From assembly GCF_009914755.1 (NCBI RefSeq), contig NC_060935.1: 64,000 nucleotides of DNA. The stretch is one strand, 5' to 3'. The notes beneath the pieces are model-generated. The model worked only from the letters and a program-made list of their open reading frames with translations. It made no database searches and was not told the DNA's origin. Every line of letters starts with the position of its first letter. Position 1 is the stretch's first letter. The translations under genes and the position numbers were made by a program. Shown piece by piece: positions 54,673 to 64,000 of this stretch. Source of the stretch: the human T2T-CHM13v2.0 reference genome, Homo sapiens.

Positions 54673-56014
54673 CCGAATCAACCAAACCTAATTACTGTAC
54701 CAAAGTATGACATTGGCTATGTGATTGTGTCAACACTGGTCAAAGGAAAAGGCAGTTTGGTGAGATTTAACCTAAAAGGATGAAAGAAAATAGACATTCT
54801 GTAGGGCACTTTTCCCATCGTAGGCTTTTATAAACTTGTCATAATAAATGTAGTTATAAGTTTTTAAGTCACACAACATACATAGTTGAAGGAAGAAACA
54901 ATAATACAAAACTAAGACCCCAATCTGTCTTCCTTTGCTTGTTTTGTGTTTCACTTCCATTACCTAGAATGTGTTTTCCAGGGGATTAAATTTTGCTATT
55001 TTGGTCAAAGTTGTCTCTGTGTCATATGTGCAGTTATCTTTGCAACCCCAGTAAAAATGTTTTCTTGGTAAACATAAAATCACCTGTGAAAGAGTGCATT
55101 CATTCACTTGAGAAAAGAATAAGTGAGCTATATGCTTTCATTATTTTATTGAGAAATTACTGAAGGCTGTTACTTTATAAGGGGTAGCAAGTATGAGATT
55201 TGTATCAGGGTTGATGTAGCTTTACTTACGTTTTTCAGATTCTGATACAGAAAAAATGAAAAAAAGTGTTCTTTTTGCCTTGGAGAAAAAGTTATCTGAA
55301 AAGGAAAATTTCCACAAAGTTTCAGCGTAAAAGGAGAGAAGTTCAAGTCCATTCATTACATTTTTAAGAGTATATTTTGTCCTGTCTGGCATATCTCACG
55401 GAGGAAATAGTTGGGCTTTTGAGAATATGTGGGTGTGGGCATATGCACCAAGGATTTGCCCAAGTCATTTCACTTTAGGGAACCTTTTTTCCAAGTGTAA
55501 CTTCGTGAAAGAGAAAAGGCTTTTCTAAGCAAAACTCAAATTCTCAGCCCAAATGCTTAGAGACTCCAGATACTCTTTGTGCTAAGTTAGAGAGTCGGTA
55601 TTAAATAAGTCTAAAAATTGGATTAAAGTATGGCTAATATCTGACAGCACATCCACCTGAAAATGTTCTTGCTTGAAGAGCTGAAGGTTATGTTCTGACA
55701 TTTTATTTAAAAATCCCACAACACTTTTCAAGGCTGAAGAATTCAAAGTTTTGTGGACAAATTTTAATTTAAATTATGCCTCATGCAAAATCTTCTCAGC
55801 AGAATTTTCAGCACTATCTTTCTATCAACATCAACATCAATGATGTTTTATCTTACTAAACATCATGGAATTTTGTCCTTGAGTAAAATTATCAAAATAC
55901 AAAAAGGAGCAGTTTAAGGATGTTAATTTATGAAATCAGTTATTATCTCTCTACATGGTAAATGATAGTATTTTTAATTTTTGTGTTTTTTCCCAACAAA
56001 TAATGCAAATCTTA

Positions 56015-56720
56015 TAACGATTTAATCAAAATGTGATCTGAAACTGCTGGTTAAAATATAATTGACACAATCTTTCTGGAAGGCAATTTAGTCAAATGCA
56101 TTTAAAAATGTGTATCTCCTTTGACCTGTCAATTCTACTTTTGTGAACTTATCCTAAAGAGTAATTGAAAAAAGATAGGGATACAAGTTTATTCATCTAA
56201 ACATGAGTTATAATAGTGAAAAATTTTAAAATGACCTAATAAGTGACCTAGCAAGAGTGGACTTCATTAAGTAAATGGTAAACATCACATGAATATTTCA
56301 GCCAATATTTATTGAGCACCTCATGTGTGTGTGCTAGACACTCTTCTAGGGTATATGGCAGTGATGGAGGAGAGAACATTCTTACACATAGTTTACATTT
56401 TAGTGTGTTATTGGACTAGTGGGCAAGTGGACATCACTACAGTCATTAAAAATGAGTCATAGAACTAAAGTTATTAATGCGGAAAGATGTTCCATGTACA
56501 ATGGTGAGAATATATTAAGGAATGGTAAAAACTGCAGTTACTTTTGCACCTAAATAAAACTACAGATAAATATACTGCTTTGGGGTGAAAATAATATAGA
56601 ACAAAGGCAATGCAACAAAGACACCAACAGTTATTATCTCTGGATCATGACATAATCAGCACTTTAAAAACATATTTATATTTCATATTTTCTTCTACAG
56701 TGAAGTGTTGATTTTTTAAA
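56015..56720 (+). mobile_element. Ancient L1ME-like 3' fragment, interrupted by L2 (about 56295-56405) and MADE1 remnants
   Basis: aattgacacaatctttctggaaggcaattta...cctttgacctgtcaattctactttt...ttatcctaaagag. Confidence 0.7.
56521..56556. mobile_element. MADE1 (Hsmar1-derived mariner MITE) half element
   Basis: aatggtaaaaactgcagttacttttgcacctaaataa resembles the MADE1 arm AATGGCAAAAACCGCAATTACTTTTGCACCAACCTAA. Confidence 0.75.
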
Positions 56721-59025
56721 TGCAGAGATTTGCCTAGTAATTAGTTTGAATGCTCCAAAAGTTTCTGCTGTTCAAAAGATTCATCTATCTTCTACCTATC
56801 TGCTTGTCTGTTTATCTATGTATCTATCTCTGAAGCAAGAATAGAAATAAACTTCAGCTTCCTTCAGATAGCTATTTCTGTGTTCACTGACCATTATCGT
56901 CAGAAAATATTTCTAGATATCTAACTGAAATCTGTTGTGCTGAAGTTTATGTCCATTTCTTCTTCTCAAGAAATAGAATCCAGTGACCACACTTCATGTT
57001 ACAACCTCCACGTTTTCAGTCACTTCACACAAGCCATGTCTCGACTTCATTTCATATATTCTCTGAGGGTGTTTTTTCCATTGCTCTAGGTTTCAACCTT
57101 CCTTTCTTTCTGTGTGTATGAATCTATACCATTGTGCTGTGTATGGTGGTTATGCAAATTAGCACCCACCAGAGAAAGGATTTGAGGCTGGGAATCATCT
57201 AAGTTATAGGAGAGAAAAACAGAGTGCAAGCTGTACATGTCACTCCCAGCTTGGTACTCTTTTGGCTTCCTGTCTTCAAGCTGTTGGTGCCTGGTGCCAA
57301 CTACACAGACAAGAGTTTTTATAGAGAGAAGAGGTGTGCATTTGGAATCCTATAAAAATGGGTCCTGAAAAGTTTATCTTGAAAACTTCAAGAAGCAAGT
57401 ATGTGTTTTCTGAACCTACAGAACATCATGGCCAAGGAGGCTTTTGAGCATGCAGCTAAGTTTTAGAATTCCTGAGTCCCAAACAGACAAGGAGAGCTGT
57501 CCATTTTCATTAACTCCAAATAAAAGCTTGAATTCAGCCTGAAGCCCTTTGCCTTAATCTTCCTTGCAGCTCTCCAACTTACAGCCTTGAGAAGTAACAG
57601 GCACTGAAGGCGGCTTGCATTTCAGTGCATAATTGCTCTCAACAACTGTGTTGTGGGTTTTTCTTCTCCTTCTGCAAAGATGAAAGATGCCTAATCAATG
57701 GGCATCCTCATGAGGAGGAGGGAACAGAGTAGAACAAAAGTGTCCAGGGTGGAGGCAAATCTGTGGATGAGAGCCCATCTAGAGCGCCTTGCTGGCGCTT
57801 TATCTGGGGCCTGAAGGCACTGATTCTGGCAGCCTGCAGTGTGTACCTGTGGGCAGGGCACCATTTAAGTGCATGATAAAATCAGCTAATGCCTTCATCA
57901 AACTATGTCTTTGCTTCTAGGCTTGAGGATATTATCATGACTCCATTTGCGTTCTAGGTAGCAAAGGGAAAACCCAAAACTGGGCATAATTTTAAGAAAA
58001 TTGTCTTATTACTTAGGATAATTCACAGATGGAGAGTTGAAATTCAGAGCTTGAATTATCACTTCTTCATATGCGTTAAAGAAGTCTGAAATTGACTATA
58101 AGCTTATTCTATCCACATTTTATTTTGTCCGGTGATCACAGGATAACAAAATATCTGGTTGACTCTTCTTTTTTTTTTGTTTCCAAATGCTCTTATTCAT
58201 AGGGGGAGCTTGTCTTTAAAGAACCAGACATTCCAACTTGGCTAAATTTACCAAATGTTATGATGTTATCCTTCATTTACTTATTCCACATTTTTATAGT
58301 GTTCCAAATTTCTAGCCACCATCATAGGATAGAGAAAAGCAAATCAAAATGTTTCTTACTAGTGGGGAGCTCACAGTAGGATGGTAGAGGGACAGAAATA
58401 AAGTGCTAAGATAAAAGGCAGGAGGGGTCAGCCCCCACCCTGGATGGCTGGCTGGGTGACAGTGCTCTTTGAATCCTCCTTGAGGGTTGAGGAGCAAAGG
58501 AGGCCATTTGTGGAGATGGATTGAAGGAGCAGCCTGAGCAGATGTGCACAAAAGCAAAGGAGTGATGGATATTAAAGGAAGAGTTGGCCCTCCAATTTGC
58601 CTGGTTCCAGACCAATCCAACATCTGAAAATCTTCAGAGAACATATAATATTGAATTCAAAATAATACATTTCAGCAAATTTTAGAAATTGAGGAAAGTA
58701 ATAAAATCATTGAATTTCCTATTACCAAAGAGCTGATACTAACCCACTGTGAGGAGCACAAGAACTTGGAATTGCCTTCTTTTTCATGATAATGGACACA
58801 CGTGGATAGATCAGCAGCATACCTCATGTAATGAAAAGAATGTGTGACTTCTATTCAGTGTGCCACATTCCAGGCCTGACTTTGCCACTTGATTAGCTGG
58901 GCAATTCACTTAAAATCCCCAATTTAAAAAAAGTGCATTGAAGTATACATTTAAGTATGTTATATATCTTAATATGTGACATATAAAGTATATAAAAATA
59001 TATGCACATATAATATAGACAGAGT

Positions 59026-59585
59026 TGCCAAAAGACAAAATCACAACAAATTTAAAGATCTTAACTGCCTTTTATTTGTGATTCTAGAATCAGGCACCAC
59101 CTCATTCTCTAAAATAGAATGGGTGCTTTGATGAGCTGAGCAGAGGAGGGTGGCTTTATAGACAGAAAAGGGCTAAGGAGAACAGAACTGGAACAAAAAG
59201 CAGATTGATTGTTTCAAAATGACTTTCCTAGTAAAGGTTAAAGCAAAGGGGACTTTCTTATCATGCTAGCTAAAACTGCCCTGTTTTATATCTCAAAAAA
59301 AAATATATATAAATATATATAAATTATATTTTAAATTTATATATATAAATATATATAAATTATATTTTAAATTTTTATATATTAAATATGTTTTAATGTA
59401 TAATATTAAAATATATATATTTAAAATATATATATATCTTGATTTCTTGGAAGGTCAGATAAACAACTTAGTGTTGGCTTGGTGGCATGGAACTTAACAT
59501 GAGTGACTCCATTTTGGTTTGATCTTTTGGGCCTGGTGCAGGAACTCAGTCCAAACCAGTGACTTTCTGCAAATTGTATTTAACA
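59026..59585 (-). mobile_element. MER31(B)-like ERV1 solo LTR containing an AT-rich tract
   Basis: tgccaaaagacaaaatcacaacaaattt...catgagtgactccattttggtttg...gggcctggtgcaggaactcagtccaaacc...tatttaaca. Confidence 0.8.
59288..59439. repeat. AT-only low-complexity tract with a duplicated unit of about 36 bp
   Basis: atatataaatatatataaattatattttaaattt occurs twice in tandem. Confidence 0.9.
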
Positions 59586-59632
59586 CACTAAAATGTATTT
59601 GAAGCATTATAAACATCTAAGTTAAGATTATC

Positions 59633-59966
<334 letters not shown>

Positions 59967-60335
59967 TCATGCCATTTCAATTTGTTTCAGCTGTGTCCAT
60001 ATATTTCAGACTGACAGCAATTACAGATATGACTATAGGAGTGAGTGGAGTGACCCTGGTTGGGCCTATGAGGATAAAATGCCCATTCTTCCTTAACTGT
60101 TACCACACACTGTGCTGAACAATGATTTCTGTGAAGGCATTAAGAATCTTATACAGGTCCAAGGATGAATAGAACAAGAAAGAAAAATAGTATCTGTATG
60201 ATCTTGCTAGAGGCAGGCATGGGGTTGGCTAAAAGTGGTTATGGAGCCCATGAAAGAATTTCATGTGCTCTCAGAAATAAATCTAGTTTAAAGAGTTTGA
60301 CTCTTGAAGAAATAAGCAATTTAAAAATGCACTGA

Positions 60336-60447
60336 GATGTTAATATTAGGAAAGATTAGGTAAACAGTGCAGGGAACTCTCTATATATTTCTTTGCACCT
60401 TCCTATGAATTTATAATTATTTCAGAATAAGAAGCTAAAAAATCTTT
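60336..60447 (+). mobile_element. Short old L1M (MC/MD-like) 3' terminus
   Basis: cagggaactctctatatatttctttgcaccttcctatgaatttataattatttcagaataa; flanked by aatgcactga (60326-60335 and 60448-60457). Confidence 0.7.
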
Positions 60448-61499
60448 AATGCACTGAAAATTGAGAATTTACATTTTCAATAATTAGAAATAAGCGTTAA
60501 ATGAATCATGCACAAGTGAACAGACTCTGTTAGAAGCATATACAACAGATATGCCATCAAGGTATTTTTTAAGATTGTTTTTAATGGCCTCAGAGTCTCT
60601 AATAATTATCCCAGCAGGATGATTTTTACCATGTTATAAACACATGACCCCCAAAGCATTCCCTGATCCATACGCTGATAGGTTGTTTGGAGCTGTTGTG
60701 TTTGGGTGTCATTCTTTTGGAGCAAGATGTCATTTTAGACTTGGCATGTGGCATATGGGGATATGGCTAGAAAGTAGATAAGGTAAACAACCTAGCATGT
60801 AATATTTATCTAATTATGAACAGCTTTATATATTTCCCCTTTCATCTCAAATATTTAGGACTGATTCAGTGAGCACAATGTACACATTTTTTTCTAATAC
60901 TTGTTTGTGAATAAAAATTAATTAAAACAAATATGTGTTTCATGCTGGAATTAAATAATTAAAGTTCAGTCTGTGCACAGTTCTGCCAAAACAAACATAC
61001 AAATAAATAAATACTTTCTGTGTATCTACTTATTCATTTAAATATTAAGATGCCCAGAGAATTTTGGGTCTGCTCCTGCCTTTATTATACAGCAAATAAA
61101 GATAAAAACAGAAAAGAACAATTTTGTAAACATAAGCATACCTCAAAAACAAAGAACATAAAAAATCCAAACTGTATTTCTAATGAATTTTGAAAATGAC
61201 ATTTTTATAAACATCAGGGTAAAATTTGAGCATCTCAACATAATCCACCTTGAGCATTTCAGTGATAGGTAAAAATGTGAGGGATAGGATACATTGCTGT
61301 CTGGGATATTCACTTGAGTCCTTTTCACTGAGCAGTACTACCTGAAACATGCTAGAAGCTCATTGTAGATGGTTTATTTTTTAAATGAGGTGTTCTTAAT
61401 CACTCATTTCTACTCCCACTCAGCATGCACTTATGAATGGACAGAGGTCCTATCCTATTGAATCAGAGACAGAGATCAGAGTGAACAAAGAACCTATAT

Positions 61500-61850
61500 G
61501 GCACACGAGGAAGGAATTCTTAGACTGGAGAAGAAAAGCCCAGCAAAGAAATCGTTATCTTTTGATACTGAAAGAGCTGTCACAGAAGAAAGATTGTTTG
61601 CAAAGTTGTTCTGTTTTATTCTGAAATGTGAATGGGAATATAGGTATAAATCGCTTTTGAAATTACAGAGACCAAATTTTTGTCTCAGTGTGAAGAAGTT
61701 TGTGTTAGCTAAAACTGCCCAGTAAATGGTGAGGATCCTATCACCTGATTTGGAACAGAGTCTGGGTTCTGGGTCAGAGATGTTGTGGAAGGGATGCTTT
61801 CATTAGGAGAATTGTATCTAGTGTTCTTTGAGGTCTCTTCCAGGTCTGAG
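61500..61850 (+). mobile_element. L3/CR1 LINE relic
   Basis: cttagactggagaagaaaag...ctgaaagagctgtca...ctttgaggtctcttccaggtctgag. Confidence 0.6.
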
Positions 61851-62644
61851 GGAGGCTAATGAATCGCTTCATTGATATAAACTAGCCTACTGCTGAATCA
61901 GTGTCATGGACATACACTTATTGAGTGCCTACTATATGTCAGGCAGCCAGAAACTCTGCCATTATAGAACCCACTATGAACAGATAGATGGAAGGAGACC
62001 CCTTTCTGGGGATGAATACTCCAGGACTGTGTTGGGTAATGGGTTATGAATATGTCACAGACATTTATATTCTGCCTATCTTTATAAATAAAAACAGACT
62101 CTCTTTGAAGAGAGTCAGTAATGCTTTTTAAAAATATTTATATTCTACAAAGATATACCAAGATGTACCAAAAAGTATCTTTTTATGATTTCTACATTCG
62201 GTATGGAAAACATGAGTAAGAAAGTAAAATATTAATTAAATAATGTTTGCTTAGTAATGACACTTCTCTATCAGAGGGGAAAAATGTCTTTGGATATGAT
62301 ACTGTATCTGGGTTTTGTATAAATATTGATTAAATAGACAATATGGTTTTTGTTAACAACTGGTCTTGAGTCTGACAAACTAAAGTTTGAGAAGAGAATT
62401 TTATATTTACTGGATGAGTGATCACTGGCAAGTTGCTTAACCTATATCTGTTTCTTTATCTGTCAAATGGGGATAAATACAGTAACTGCCTCATGAGTGC
62501 TTACAGTAATAAATATTTGTTGAATGAATGAGGGATTTTAAAGAATTAATGAAGACTGAATTTATTGTACCTGTCAAAATACCAGGTGCACAATGATTAA
62601 ATAGTGATGTGTGTGAAAGTCATGATAGTGATGATAGTGGTTGT

Positions 62645-62716
62645 AATACTGTCTCTGTTTGGAGATGATATGATCATCTATGTACAAAACTATGGAATTT
62701 ATAAAAAATTGGTTAG
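62645..62716 (+). mobile_element. Old L1M ORF2 reverse-transcriptase remnant (host of the younger L1)
   Basis: Translates as [14 protein letters not shown], a diverged copy of the L1 [14 protein letters not shown] motif. Confidence 0.7.
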
Positions 62717-64000
62717 AAGACTAAACCAGGAAGAAGTTGAATCCCTGAATAGACAAATAACAAGTTCTGAAATTGAGGCAGTAATTAATAGCCTACCAAC
62801 CCAAAAAAGCCCAGGATCAGACAGATTCACAGTCAAATTCTACCAAAGGTACAAAGAGAAGCTGGTACCATTCCTTCTGAAATTATTCCAAACAATAGAA
62901 AAAGAGGGACTCTTCCCTAACTCATGTTATGAGGCCAGCATAATCCTGATACCAAAACCTGGCAGAGACACAACAAAAAAAGAAAATTTCAGGCCAATAT
63001 CCCTGATGAACATCAATGTGAAAATCCTCAATAAAATACTGGCAAACTGAATCCAGCAGCACATCAAAAAGTGTATCCACCATGATCAAGTCGGCTTCAT
63101 CCCTGGGATGCAAGGCTGGTTCAACATATGCAAATCAATAAACATAAGCCATCACATAAACAGAACCTACGACAAAAACCACATGGTTATCTCAATAGAT
63201 GCAGAAAAGGCCTTCAATAAAATTAAACACCCCTTCATACTAAAAACACCCAATAAACTAGGTATTGAGGGAACATATCTCAAAATAATAAGAGCTATTT
63301 ATGACAAGCCCATAGCCAATATCATACTGAATGGGCAAAAGCTAGAAGCATTCCCTTTGAAAACCCACACAAGACAAGGATGCCCTCTCTCACCACTCCT
63401 ATTCAACATAGTATTGGAAGTTCTGGCCAGAGCAATCAGGCAAAAGAAAGAAGTAAAGGATATTCAAATAGGAAGAGAGGAAGTCAAATTGTCTCTGTTT
63501 GCAAATGACATGATTGTATATTTAGAAAACCCCGTCGTCTCAGCCCCAAATTTCCTTAAGCTGATAAGCAACTTCAGCAAAGTCTCAGGATACAAAGCCA
63601 ATGTGCAAAAATCACAAGCATTCCTATACACCAATAGTAGACAAACAGAGAGCCAAATCATGAGTGAACATTCATTCACAATTACTACAAAGAGAATAAA
63701 ATACACAACTGACAAGGGATGTGAAGGCCCTCTTCAAGGAGAAGTACACACCACTGCCCAAGGAAATAAGAGAGGATACAAACAAATGGAAAAACATTCC
63801 ATGCTCATGGATAGGAAGAATAAATATCGTGAAAACGGCCATACTGCCCAAAGAAATTTATAGATTCAATGCTATCCCCATCAAGCTACCATTGACTTTC
63901 TTCAAAGAATTGGAAAAAACTACTTTAAATTTCATATGGAACCAAAAGAGAGCCCATATAGCCAAGACAACCCTAAGCAAAAAGAACAAAGCTGGAGGCA
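62717..64000 (+). mobile_element. 5'-truncated L1PA ORF2 (reverse transcriptase region), defective, continues past the window end
   Basis: [27 protein letters not shown]..., [44 protein letters not shown]; TGA at 63048-63050, FADD changed to FAND, frameshift near 63705. Confidence 0.98.

Noticed and set aside
54149-54691. Overlapping Tyr/Ile/Cys/His-rich ORFs up to 135 aa
   Set aside because: Artefacts of the stop-poor (TA/CA/TG) microsatellite.
63108-63863. 251-aa reverse-transcriptase ORF as a functional gene
   Set aside because: It is a fragment of a 5'-truncated L1 with an upstream stop codon, a FADD-to-FAND catalytic change and a frameshift.

Overview
This is AT-rich, CpG-depleted primate genomic DNA, almost certainly human: it carries AluJ/S/Y, young L1PA, THE1 and MSTA elements. 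I find no convincing protein-coding exon on either strand, so it is most likely a very large intron or a gene desert. The only gene-derived sequence is a full-length, frameshifted RPS3A processed pseudogene (about 44.88-45.75 kb, minus strand). The rest is a dense record of transposable elements: 7 Alus, L1PA/L1M fragments (one twin-primed inverted L1, and an ORF2/RT fragment running off the right edge), MaLR/ERV solo LTRs, hAT and Tigger/mariner MITEs, many MIR/L2/L3 relics, microsatellites, and a few repeat-poor, motif-rich stretches that could be conserved enhancers. I did not find a novel biological system. The most worthwhile observations are a near-pristine AluYc1 (candidate insertion polymorphism), nested insertion chronologies with intact TSDs, inverted repeat pairs that could form dsRNA, and speculative regulatory or microexon candidates. 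Repeat subfamily names come from recalled consensus sequences. Boundaries of old repeats are approximate.
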